DNA from: Candidatus Woesebacteria bacterium RBG_16_42_24
GTDB taxonomy: Bacteria; Patescibacteriota; Microgenomatia; UBA8517
Reading direction: 5' to 3'
Length of the DNA: 64,000 nt
Assembly (NCBI GenBank): GCA_001792115.1
Contig: MGFX01000002.1
Span: 4,965 to 68,964, forward strand
Shown: piece by piece, positions 49,949 through 58,511 of the stretch
How the letters are laid out: every line of letters begins with the position of its first letter
How positions within the stretch are numbered: position 1 is the stretch's first letter
Notes under the pieces: model-generated
The model's input: only the letters and a program-made list of their open reading frames with translations
Told to the model about the DNA's origin: nothing
Database searches by the model: none
Program-made: the position numbers and the translations under genes

Positions 49949-50631
49949 AGTTTAACTATCATAAGATGAGTTGGGAATATTCCTATACTCCTAAATTTTA
50001 TGATTTTTATTCCTTTTTTATACGGCAAGACCTCTTTTATTTCTTCGACGCCTAAAGGGTTAAAGTTATTAATATCGGCCCAGAAGGTTTTACCTAATAG
50101 TTTAGCTATTTTACTAAAATATTTATGAGGGAACCAATGAATAAAGAATAATCCAGAATGAGGATCATAGAAAAAATATTTGTTGGGTGTTGTAATAAAA
50201 ACTTTTTTACCGACTCTAAAAATTTCTTTCAAAAATATTCTTTGTTCAACTGACGAACCGACATGCTCCAGTGTCGCCCAGGAAACAACCACATCAAAAG
50301 CATTATTCCGAAAAGGAAGTTTTTTGTTTGCATAGACTTTAATAAATTTAATCTTTGAATATTTCCTTCTGAGCCCCGTTATATCTTCTATGGATAAAGC
50401 CGTAAGCTTATCTGAAAAAGGATATCTTTTTTCAAAATAGTTGGAATCTACTAAAGTCTCGTCTTTCCTCACACCAACATCTAGGACTTTTTCTGTACGT
50501 TTAGGTTTAAGGAGTTTCCAGAATATTCTAAACTGACGCTCTCTAACAATAAGAGATGTATGGCTCAACAGTTTTTGTGGTAAAGTGATCTTATTCTCCG
50601 GGTTGGTAGACCAATCAACGCCTGCTATCAT
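49945..50631 (-). CDS. Class I SAM-dependent methyltransferase
   Basis: VLDVGVRKDE...FDVVVSWATLEHVGSSVEQRIFLKEIFRVGKKVFITTPN. Confidence 0.65.
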   Translation of the reverse strand: MIAGVDWSTNPENKITLPQKLLSHTSLIVRERQFRIFWKLLKPKRTEKVLDVGVRKDETLVDSNYFEKRYPFSDKLTALSIEDITGLRRKYSKIKFIKVYANKKLPFRNNAFDVVVSWATLEHVGSSVEQRIFLKEIFRVGKKVFITTPNKYFFYDPHSGLFFIHWFPHKYFSKIAKLLGKTFWADINNFNPLGVEEIKEVLPYKKGIKIIKFRSIGIFPTHLMIVKL

Positions 50632-51692
50632 GCTTTTTCCGGAAGTGTGTTAACTAGATGTGTCTTAATTGTTTCAATTAAAAAAACCCAAATATCAAAA
50701 ATTGCAGCCTCTCCAACGATAAAAAGCTCTATTTCCGGCTGAAAAATCCCAAGTACTATAATAAACGCTGCTAAAAATGTTATTGCCCCCCCCAATAATA
50801 CTAATGGCAATCTCATTACAAATACTACCATCGTGCTTTTTCTATTATCTATTGCGAAATTTAGCAATTTTGCTGCAAGAGTTGATAGGAAGAGGGCAAA
50901 ACTCAACTGCACAAATAATAAAGAGATAGAAAGGGAACTATTAAAAACTAATAATGCAAGAAGTAATAAAATTATTGTCGGTAAAAATAAAAAGTTAGGT
51001 TTGATAAGTAATATTGCCTTAAGATGTCTCCAACCGTCGGTCCACCTAGCCAGGTGAGGGACAGACCCTCTTCTATCTCTGTAAAAATTAATCGGAACCT
51101 CGGCATACTCACCTCCTATTAAAGCTGTTTTGAGTATTAGTTCACTCGCCCATTCCATGCCGGAATTCCTCATGTGTAGTTTCATGTAGAAATCTTTTTT
51201 GATAAGCCGCATCCCCGAATTACAGTCTGTCGTTTTAATACCATACATTATTCTAATAAGCCAAGTAAGGAAAGGGGTACCGAAATATCTATTTAAATAG
51301 GGCATTGCCCCCTCGAATATTCTACCTTTATATCTCGATCCCAAAATTAGATCGTAGTGTCCCTCTGCAAATTTTAGAAATTTCCTAATCTCCATAAAAT
51401 CATAGCTTAAATCTGCATCTGCAAAAAATACGTAGTCTCCCTTTGCTGCAATTATTCCCCAATGAAGTGCTGCTCCATAACCCCTGACAGGAACCCTCAC
51501 AAGTCGAGCTTTTTGGTAAGATTTGATAAGCTCTATAGATTTATCTGTACTCCCATTATCGGCAACTAATATTTCAAAATTTGTTATTCCATATTTTTTA
51601 GCAGCCTTATTGGCTTTATCTATAACCCTAAGAATTGTTCCAGCTTCATTTAAACAGGGTATAAGAAAGGAGATTGATTTATTATTTTTCAT
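50628..51692 (-). CDS. GT2 polyprenyl-phosphate sugar synthase-like (DPM1/GtrB/ArnC type) with C-terminal TM helices
   Basis: ISFLIPCLNEAGTILRVIDKANKAAKKYGITNFEILVADNGSTDKS...YVFFADADLSYDF followed by about 4 TM helices. Confidence 0.7.
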   Translation of the reverse strand: MKNNKSISFLIPCLNEAGTILRVIDKANKAAKKYGITNFEILVADNGSTDKSIELIKSYQKARLVRVPVRGYGAALHWGIIAAKGDYVFFADADLSYDFMEIRKFLKFAEGHYDLILGSRYKGRIFEGAMPYLNRYFGTPFLTWLIRIMYGIKTTDCNSGMRLIKKDFYMKLHMRNSGMEWASELILKTALIGGEYAEVPINFYRDRRGSVPHLARWTDGWRHLKAILLIKPNFLFLPTIILLLLALLVFNSSLSISLLFVQLSFALFLSTLAAKLLNFAIDNRKSTMVVFVMRLPLVLLGGAITFLAAFIIVLGIFQPEIELFIVGEAAIFDIWVFLIETIKTHLVNTLPEKA

Positions 51693-51769
51693 AAAATTCT
51701 TGTTTCATTTTCATTGAATTTTTCAAGAGGGGTCTCCTCTTTTTCTTTAGACATAATGGAATTATAGCA

Positions 51770-51894
51770 GCATTCGAGAAGACTGCCGATCTTCGGTCGG
51801 GAGATGAACCTGCCTGCCGGCAAGGCTGGTTGAACGCTGATATGTCATCCTCCTTTAGAGGGAACCCCATTCAAAGCGGGGAGGATGTCATAAA
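51770..51894 (-). repeat. Structured interspersed repeat element, copy 3 (about 125 nt, minus orientation), in the intergenic region
   Basis: The reverse complement reads tttatgacatcctccccgctttgaatggggttccctctaaaggaggatgacatatcagcgttcaacc...ttctcgaatgc, which aligns end to end with copy 2. Confidence 0.7.
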
Positions 51895-51933
51895 CTTACC
51901 AGATATGAGTTAAAAGTGTGGTGTTTAGCTATA

Positions 51934-53430
51934 TTAATATCCCAGAAATTGTCGCGATTCAATCGGCCAGGTATTTCTTCCGAAATCACCCTTAAAACGT
52001 TTGTATTCCGCTGACAATTTGTTATTCCAGAAAACCTTAAAATAGTTTTGGTCAGATAAGGTTACCTTTAAAATCTCCGTCGGGCTCCAGGGTAAATCAT
52101 TGTCTTCGTCGGTATCGTAAAAGGCTATGGTTTTATATTTCTCAAGAGTCTCGGCGTTTTCGAGAAAATAATTGTGAACCCTTTTGGCAGTTTGGGCACC
52201 CTTAGTAATCCAATTGGTTTCGGCCGTTAAGTTCAGTGTCAAAACTGAAAGGATCAGCCAGATAGCTAAAAAACTGAATATGGCTAGTGGTTTGTGATTA
52301 GTGACTAGTGAATAAGAAATGAAGACTACTACCCCCATGAGGGGAAGGGTGAGATAGAAGGTGAATTTGTGAAGAGGAAGAAAAAGGACGGGAAGAAGGG
52401 TAATTAGGAACCAAGAGGTTCCAAAAATTACTAATTTTAAATTTCTAATTTCTAATTTTCTTATGCTAGAAGAAAAAAACTTGTAAACAGCAGCTGACAA
52501 CAGAAACAACTCCAATAAAAACAAGGTTAAAATAGGAATAATTTGGCTGGACCAATACTTAAAAAGGTTGGGGTTGAAGTGAAAGCCGGGGCCAACAAAA
52601 TCAACAAGCATTTCAGGCAAATTAAATGACCAAAGTCCATACCAGCCGAGGGTATTTACCGCCCTTTTAACTGAGAAATCCCAAACATAGCTATCCCCCG
52701 TGGCAAAGCCATAATAAGCAAACCTAAAGTAAAAATAAAAAATCAAAATTAAAAAATAGGGAGCGGTACTAGCAATTAATCGATTGATCGGTAGGGGAGC
52801 AGATTTCTTAGTTAACTTGAAAAAAATATATATTAGAAACAGACAGAGTGGCAAAACGACGGCGGTTTCTTTGGATAATAAACTTAAGACAAAAAACAAA
52901 AGACTTAATAGTAAATAATTTGTTGACGACTTATGCAGAAATTTGATGAAAGATAAAACCGAAAGAAGGAAAAATAAAGCTAGCCCAAGTTCTTGAAATG
53001 CGCCCAAGAAATAAAGATGGCCGAAATGAGTAGCGGAGGTAGCATATAGGAAAGCTGCGAGGAGAGAAATGTGATTGGTGAATGGTGATTTGTGATCGTT
53101 AAGTAATAACAAACAGAACTTGTAAACGAGAAAGATAACCGCGAAGAAAATGAAAAACGAAATTACATGAAGACCTAATGGATTTAAGTTAAAAATTTTC
53201 CGAGCCAGAAAATAGAAAACCTGGGTAGTAAGTGGTCTATACATTCCCAATCCGTCGGGGCCTCTAGTCAGATTAAAAAAGTTTAGAAATTCCTTTACAG
53301 AGTTTGCTTGGGAAATTTTTAGAAGAAAAAAGTCGTCGTTGGTGTAAAAAGTAGACAACGAGGGAAGAAAAAGAAAAAAAGAAATTAAGAAAATAAGAAA
53401 TAAATACTTGGTAGACAAAGAAAATTTCAT
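51934..53430 (-). CDS. GT-C fold membrane glycosyltransferase-like (PMT/ArnT-like)
   Basis: N-proximal FYTNDDFFLLKISQ DD motif, about 12 TMs. Contains (AATTTCT)n heptamer repeats at about 52439-52458 and GTGATT-type repeats at 52291-52316 and 53071-53098. Confidence 0.5.
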   Translation of the reverse strand: MKFSLSTKYLFLIFLISFFLFLPSLSTFYTNDDFFLLKISQANSVKEFLNFFNLTRGPDGLGMYRPLTTQVFYFLARKIFNLNPLGLHVISFFIFFAVIFLVYKFCLLLLNDHKSPFTNHISLLAAFLYATSATHFGHLYFLGAFQELGLALFFLLSVLSFIKFLHKSSTNYLLLSLLFFVLSLLSKETAVVLPLCLFLIYIFFKLTKKSAPLPINRLIASTAPYFLILIFYFYFRFAYYGFATGDSYVWDFSVKRAVNTLGWYGLWSFNLPEMLVDFVGPGFHFNPNLFKYWSSQIIPILTLFLLELFLLSAAVYKFFSSSIRKLEIRNLKLVIFGTSWFLITLLPVLFLPLHKFTFYLTLPLMGVVVFISYSLVTNHKPLAIFSFLAIWLILSVLTLNLTAETNWITKGAQTAKRVHNYFLENAETLEKYKTIAFYDTDEDNDLPWSPTEILKVTLSDQNYFKVFWNNKLSAEYKRFKGDFGRNTWPIESRQFLGY

Positions 53431-54212
53431 CGAATCCCCAAAAGATTAAGCGTTATTACGCGTCCTAAATTGTGCAAATAATGAAGCATCAGAATAACCA
53501 CATTGTCTGTATATTTCTCAACAATTTTCTCATCCGCAAGTAGTACTTTCTTAAACTCTGTTGTTGATATTGAGCCTCTTACCAGCCGAAAGCTGGAAAG
53601 AGTACAGTCTAATATTTTGGGCATTTCAACTTTACCGAGCTTTAACCAAAGGTCGTACTCCATAACTGACGTGTCGGTACCTGTAAAAGGCCCGTATTTC
53701 TGGTATGCACTTCTGCTCAAAAAAACTGAGGGCTGTACTAAGTAATTATTGATAAGTAGTAGGCTATAAGAATTTTGCGAAAGTAAGATATTCTTGTAAG
53801 AGGAGATGACTTCTGCAATTTCTTTTTCATGTTCATTAATAATGTTCCCCTTTCCGGCGAGCCACAGGGTCTTGGGGTGATTTGAAAAATATTTACCAGC
53901 GCTTAAAAGGGCGCCCTTTAGATAAACGTCGTCGGCATTGAGATAGGTTAAAATATCCCCCGTCGCTATCTTTAATCCCTGATTTATTGCTCCCGACTGC
54001 CCTTCTCCTTTTTTTATCATCCAACTCACCATCTTAGGGTACTTTTGAGTGTATTTTTTTATAATTGCCAGAGTGCCATCTGTCGAACCACCATCACGAA
54101 TTATAACCTCAAGATTTGGATAGTTCTGGTCGATTATTGATTGAAGAGTGTGGCCAATATAGTCTTTCTTATTAAAAGACGGAATTATAATGGAGATTTT
54201 GGGTAATTTCAT
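53427..54212 (-). CDS. Glycosyltransferase family 2
   Basis: ISIIIPSFNKKDYIGHTLQSIIDQNYPNLEVIIRDGGSTDGT...ILTYLNADDVY. Confidence 0.8.
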   Translation of the reverse strand: MKLPKISIIIPSFNKKDYIGHTLQSIIDQNYPNLEVIIRDGGSTDGTLAIIKKYTQKYPKMVSWMIKKGEGQSGAINQGLKIATGDILTYLNADDVYLKGALLSAGKYFSNHPKTLWLAGKGNIINEHEKEIAEVISSYKNILLSQNSYSLLLINNYLVQPSVFLSRSAYQKYGPFTGTDTSVMEYDLWLKLGKVEMPKILDCTLSSFRLVRGSISTTEFKKVLLADEKIVEKYTDNVVILMLHYLHNLGRVITLNLLGIR

Positions 54213-54277
54213 AAATCATAAACTCTAATTTCTAAACCCAAAATAGTTTCAAAATCTAAAATCCGAATTCACAATTA

Positions 54278-54658
54278 TTACTTATTGAATTTTTGAATTT
54301 GTTTGGAGTTTAGAGTTTTGGATTTAGAATTTATTAATCCTTTTAGGGCTTCTTGTCTAATAAAACGCTCTAGTTTTTTTTCAATTCTTTTGGTTCTTAC
54401 ATAAGCTATCGCGACCATTGTAATCACCAAGACGAAGCCTCCCAGAACCAGAAGATCCAGAAGTCTTGAAATGAAAAAGGTCTGTGCAAAGGCTCGAAGC
54501 GTATCCGGGAAAAGAACCATGAATGAAGCCGCGCCCCATGCAGAAACCCATATTGATAGTTCAACCCTGTTAATTTCCTTTCGTTTGAAATTAACATAGG
54601 CAAAGTAAATCATTACAAGAGCAAAAACTACGGCCAATATTTGAAGACCGAATATCAT
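54278..54658 (-). CDS. Small membrane protein, DUF2304-like (often paired with a GT2 polyprenyl-phosphate glycosyltransferase)
   Basis: 126 aa with 3-4 TMs, and a 4-nt overlap with the downstream GT2. I recall the family pairing but cannot verify it here. Confidence 0.4.
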   Translation of the reverse strand: MIFGLQILAVVFALVMIYFAYVNFKRKEINRVELSIWVSAWGAASFMVLFPDTLRAFAQTFFISRLLDLLVLGGFVLVITMVAIAYVRTKRIEKKLERFIRQEALKGLINSKSKTLNSKQIQKFNK

Positions 54659-55302
54659 CTTAGTCTAAAAAGTATTAAATCGAACAAAATTTCAAGACCC
54701 GTTTCTGGCGTTAGGCCTTTAAACTTATCATAGTATACGGTGGCCACGGGTACCTCGCAATATTTAAGGTGGTTTTTTCCGGCAAGTGCTACAATCTCTG
54801 TCTCTACACTATAACCCAGCGAGCTCCAGCGAATTTTATTAAAAGCACCTCGGCTGAAGGCCTTAAACCCGCACAAAATATCGCCAACTTTTATGCCGAA
54901 TAAAAGGCTTGTAAGAATGGTTATCAGCCTATTTCCCAAAAGTCTGACCGCAGGCGTTCCTTTGAAATCCCTTGCGCCAAATACTACATCGTAAGTTTTC
55001 AGTGCATGAACGAACTTTGGAAGGTCGCTAGCTTTGTGCTGCCCGTCAGAGTCCATGAGAATGGCGGCTTCTGCCCCAAGTTTAAATGCAGCTAGACAAC
55101 CAGTTTTTAATGCGGCCCCTTTGCCAAGATTAATTGAATGTCTTAACACGTAGGGGGTATATTTTTTAGCAACTTGGGAAGTTTTATCCTTCGATCCATC
55201 ATCCACCACAACAAAATCAAACCCCCGAGTACGGAGTTCCGAAAGGACCTTCCCAATTCTTGTTTCTTCATTGAACGCCGGAATTACGATAAAAATTTTC
55301 AT
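54655..55302 (-). CDS. Glycosyltransferase family 2, DPM1-like soluble form
   Basis: IFIVIPAFNEETRIGKVLSELRTRGFDFVVVDDGSKDKT...ILMDSDGQH. Confidence 0.8.
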   Translation of the reverse strand: MKIFIVIPAFNEETRIGKVLSELRTRGFDFVVVDDGSKDKTSQVAKKYTPYVLRHSINLGKGAALKTGCLAAFKLGAEAAILMDSDGQHKASDLPKFVHALKTYDVVFGARDFKGTPAVRLLGNRLITILTSLLFGIKVGDILCGFKAFSRGAFNKIRWSSLGYSVETEIVALAGKNHLKYCEVPVATVYYDKFKGLTPETGLEILFDLILFRLR

Positions 55303-56057
55303 CTACTTAATCTAAAAAATAACCCAACAGTATCGTAAAACATCCTCAAAGACGCAAGCAAAAGCTTAGACCATGAGTCTATGGTTGAGGATTTTTCGGA
55401 GTTGACCATACTCACATTAATAGGGGCTTCGTAAATTTCATTAAAACCTGAATTTTTAGCCTGGGTTAGCATTTCGATGTCAAAAGCAAAGCCGTCTATA
55501 TGAAGACCGGGAAGAATTTTTTTTATGACTCCCCTTTTGAAGATTTTTATTCCCGCTTGAGTATCACTCAATTTAGGATTAAAAAGTAATTTTACAAGAT
55601 AGTAATAAACGTCAGAGATTATCTGTCTTAACACGGGGTATTGCACTATCGAGTCCGGATGTCTCTTTGAACCTACGACTATATCGGCATTTTCTTTTTT
55701 TTGAATTTCAATTAGGTTTTTCAGGCTTTTGGGGTCTATTTCCAAACCCGCGTCAATAAAACCCAGAATCTCACCTTTCGCCAATTTCATTCCATACCTC
55801 ACCGCATAACCCTTTCCTCTGTTTTGAGAGTAACCTGCTACTTTAATGGTTCTAGACTTTTTAGCCAGATTGGCTGCCAAAGCGTATGTTTTGTCAACCC
55901 CTCCGTCGACTACGCAAATTAGCTCATAACTTTCTGCCAACCCCCTCATAACATTCTCGATTTTAACCAAAGACGGAACAATAAATTCTTCTGCCCTATA
56001 GGCGGGAACAATTATTGATAAAGAGTGGAGGCGCCCTGAATCATTGTTCATGCCCAA
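55299..56057 (-). CDS. Glycosyltransferase family 2
   Basis: LSIIVPAYRAEEFIVPSLVKI...LICVVDGGVDKT...ILGFIDAGLEIDP. Confidence 0.8.
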   Translation of the reverse strand: MGMNNDSGRLHSLSIIVPAYRAEEFIVPSLVKIENVMRGLAESYELICVVDGGVDKTYALAANLAKKSRTIKVAGYSQNRGKGYAVRYGMKLAKGEILGFIDAGLEIDPKSLKNLIEIQKKENADIVVGSKRHPDSIVQYPVLRQIISDVYYYLVKLLFNPKLSDTQAGIKIFKRGVIKKILPGLHIDGFAFDIEMLTQAKNSGFNEIYEAPINVSMVNSEKSSTIDSWSKLLLASLRMFYDTVGLFFRLSR

Positions 56058-56072
56058 AGTATAGCATCTGGA

Positions 56073-57386
56073 CTAGGACACCCAATAGCCTCGCGAAAAG
56101 AGGGCGAGGGAAATTGCGGCTAAGAATAGTAATGTCAAATAAACCAACCCTTTAACCAACTTTGATTTTTTGTTAAGCCAAAGGGCCATAAGAATATAGG
56201 CGGGGAAAAGAATAAGAACATAGCGTGGGAAAGAGGAGAAACTTCCGGAAAGGGGCGGGATTAGGTATCCCGCCGCTAGAAACAAGGAATAGCCAAGTCT
56301 CAATTTAAAAAACGACCATACACCAAGGATTCCAAATATAATAGCCGAAGCTATTTCAAGATAGGTAGTAAATACTATCGGGAAATAATTGTAATTAAGG
56401 CTGGGAAGAACCTTGAAAAAATATCTATAAAAAACTTGCGGGAGAAGAATTAGAGTACTTGAGCGCTGCTGCCCAAAAATCGAAACATTATGAACGAATT
56501 CAAGCGGGTCCCCGGTTATCCTATATAAATAGTACATATAGGCCGCCAGGCCTAGAGGGATAAGAAGCAGAGAAACAATTTTTTTAAGGTTGACGGCAGT
56601 GATTAGTGAATACCCGCCAGCAACGCTTGAAGCGTAGCTTCTACGGGCTGGGTGATTGGTGAATGGTGACTTCTTGTAAAAATACTCGACTGCAATTGCC
56701 GGAACAAGTGCCAATGCGGTAATTCGGGTTGCGGTTGCAAAAGCTCCAAGAACTCCTGCAAAAATCCAGCTCCTTTTTCTTGCAAAGTAAAACGACCAAA
56801 CGATTAAGGCCAGTGTTAAGCTCTCCGTATAAAAAGCCCCGAAATAAAAAGACGTTGGAAAAAGGATTAATAAAAGAAGAGTCATCTTTGCAATATTTTC
56901 TTTATGACGTCCTCCCCGCCTTAAAAGGCGGGGTTTCCCTAAGGAGGACGACATATCAGCGTTCAATTCATCCCCACCCTCCGGGGCGAGGTTTTCTTGA
57001 ATGCTGTTATAATCAAGCCGTATAAGTTTCCACAAACCAATTAAACCTACAAGGAATGATAAGTTAGAAATAAGAAGTCCGGTAAAAGCTATCGTAATAT
57101 ATTCGGGATTTATCAAAGACGCGGCGATACGGGTGACAAGCGGGAAAAGGGGAAAAAAGAAATAGGTCAAAGGCTGATACCCTTGGTGGGCAATCGCCGC
57201 ATAGTGCTCCCCGTCAAAATTCAGCCAAGACCAAAAATAAGGATTTTTAAGATAGTTTGACAAACCTCCTCCAAGAAAATCCTTTTGAAAAGGAAAAAGG
57301 CCAGCCGCTAAAAAAACTACTCCAAAAAGAAAGAGTCTCCAGGTGACAAAACTTCCCAAAATAAATCTCCAATTATCGCCTTTCAC
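56073..57386 (-). CDS. Polytopic membrane protein (GT-C/DUF2029-like) carrying two in-frame repeat insertions
   Basis: A hydrophobic protein interrupted by the hydrophilic stretch NSIQENLAPEGGDELNADMSSSLGKPRLLRRGGRHKENIAKM, encoded by repeat-element copy 2. A second segment, SPFTNHPARRSYASSVAGGYSLITAVN, is encoded between GTGATT-type direct repeats. Confidence 0.45.
   Translation of the reverse strand: MKGDNWRFILGSFVTWRLFLFGVVFLAAGLFPFQKDFLGGGLSNYLKNPYFWSWLNFDGEHYAAIAHQGYQPLTYFFFPLFPLVTRIAASLINPEYITIAFTGLLISNLSFLVGLIGLWKLIRLDYNSIQENLAPEGGDELNADMSSSLGKPRLLRRGGRHKENIAKMTLLLLILFPTSFYFGAFYTESLTLALIVWSFYFARKRSWIFAGVLGAFATATRITALALVPAIAVEYFYKKSPFTNHPARRSYASSVAGGYSLITAVNLKKIVSLLLIPLGLAAYMYYLYRITGDPLEFVHNVSIFGQQRSSTLILLPQVFYRYFFKVLPSLNYNYFPIVFTTYLEIASAIIFGILGVWSFFKLRLGYSLFLAAGYLIPPLSGSFSSFPRYVLILFPAYILMALWLNKKSKLVKGLVYLTLLFLAAISLALFSRGYWVS
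56599..56669 (+). repeat. Pair of GTGATTRGTGAAT(GGTGA) direct repeats flanking a ~40-nt insert, inside ORF 56073..57386
   Basis: gtgattagtgaata at 56599-56612 and gtgattggtgaatggtga at 56652-56669. The 18-mer also occurs identically at 53071-53088, in a different gene. Confidence 0.55.
56901..57004 (+). repeat. Structured interspersed repeat element, copy 2 (about 104 nt), inserted in frame within ORF 56073..57386
   Basis: tttatgacgtcctcc-[ccccgcc ttaaaa ggcgggg]-tttccctaaggaggacgacatatcagcgttcaattcatcc...gttttcttgaatgc. Confidence 0.7.
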
Positions 57387-57428
57387 ATTACGTATGATAT
57401 ATCATCTTATCATCCATGAATTATATAG

Positions 57429-58511
57429 CTAGCCTAGAACTTTTTTGTAAATTTCTAACGTTTCCCTGGCGGTTTTCTCCCACGAATAATTTTTAACCAA
57501 TACCTTACCTTTTTCCACCAGCTGATCCCTTAGTTCCCCGTCATTAAAAACCTGGGATATTTTATCTGCTATATCCTTGGGGTTTTTAGGGTCGGCAAAA
57601 AGACATGCTGGCTCACCAATTTCAACCAAGGCCTGAGTCTTGCTTGCAACCACAGGACATTCGCTTGCAAAAGCCTCAAGTACAGGAAGCCCAAATCCTT
57701 CATAAAAAGAAGGCTGGCAATAAAGAGTCGCTAAATTATAAAGACCAACTAAATCTTCATCCGGAACAAATCCTAATCTAATGACTTCTTTATCGTCTCC
57801 GTACTTTTCAAGAAGTTTAATAAGTGGTTTATTTTCCGTGTGAGTCTCGTCAAAATCAGCCGAAGCCGCCTGCTTACCGGCTATCACAAGTGGAATTCTT
57901 ACAATTTTGCAAGCTTGGATAAGTCCCAACAAATTTTTATTGTAATTAACGTCACCAACATATAATACAAAACGCTCCGGAAGACCGTAACGTTTTTGAA
58001 TTTCCAATTTCCAATGGTTCGACGGGCTCACCATCCTGAGCGAAGTCGAAGGATTTCCAATCTCCAATTTCCTGAAAATTTCGCGTGGAGCCTCGTGTAT
58101 TACTGATATTTTTTCTTCAGGTATTCCTAAAAATCTTATAATGTCTTTTTTCGACGTCTCCGATACCGCGATAATTGCATCTATCTTAGAGATCAGAAAT
58201 TTTTGAATAATAAATCTCAATTTGCCCTTAATTCCCGGCGGATAGTGCTCAGGGTATATCAGATAAATTAGGTCGTGGATGGTAATAACAGATGGAATGG
58301 ATTTGGTTAAGGGAACACTAAAAAAATAAGGGTGAAATTTTTGATAATGGACGATATCGTACTTCGTTAAATCGTTCTTGGAAGCATCGACCAAATCCAA
58401 CTCAACACCGTCTAATTTTTTGAGATGTTTAACTAGCTCTTTAGTATAAAAACCTATCCCCCTCCCCACATCACCTTCCGACATGGGTCCTGTATCAATT
58501 GCTATCCTCAT
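57429..58511 (-). CDS. Glycosyltransferase family 4, with a short insertion flanked by direct repeats
   Basis: FVLYVGDVNYNKNLLGLIQA...QPSFYEGFGLPVLEAFASECPVVASKTQALVEI. The segment IGNPSTSLRMVSPSNHWKLE is encoded between TTTCCAATTTCCAAT at 58001-58015 and TTTCCAATCTCCAATTTCC at 58054-58072. Confidence 0.8.
   Translation of the reverse strand: MRIAIDTGPMSEGDVGRGIGFYTKELVKHLKKLDGVELDLVDASKNDLTKYDIVHYQKFHPYFFSVPLTKSIPSVITIHDLIYLIYPEHYPPGIKGKLRFIIQKFLISKIDAIIAVSETSKKDIIRFLGIPEEKISVIHEAPREIFRKLEIGNPSTSLRMVSPSNHWKLEIQKRYGLPERFVLYVGDVNYNKNLLGLIQACKIVRIPLVIAGKQAASADFDETHTENKPLIKLLEKYGDDKEVIRLGFVPDEDLVGLYNLATLYCQPSFYEGFGLPVLEAFASECPVVASKTQALVEIGEPACLFADPKNPKDIADKISQVFNDGELRDQLVEKGKVLVKNYSWEKTARETLEIYKKVLG

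Noticed and set aside
58016-58052. tRNA-3'-end-like string GGTTCGACGGGCTCACCA inside the GT4 gene
   Set aside because: No D-arm or anticodon arm, and no complementary acceptor strand can be drawn. It sits in frame inside a coding sequence. It is more likely part of the small repeat-flanked insert than a tRNA or tmRNA gene.
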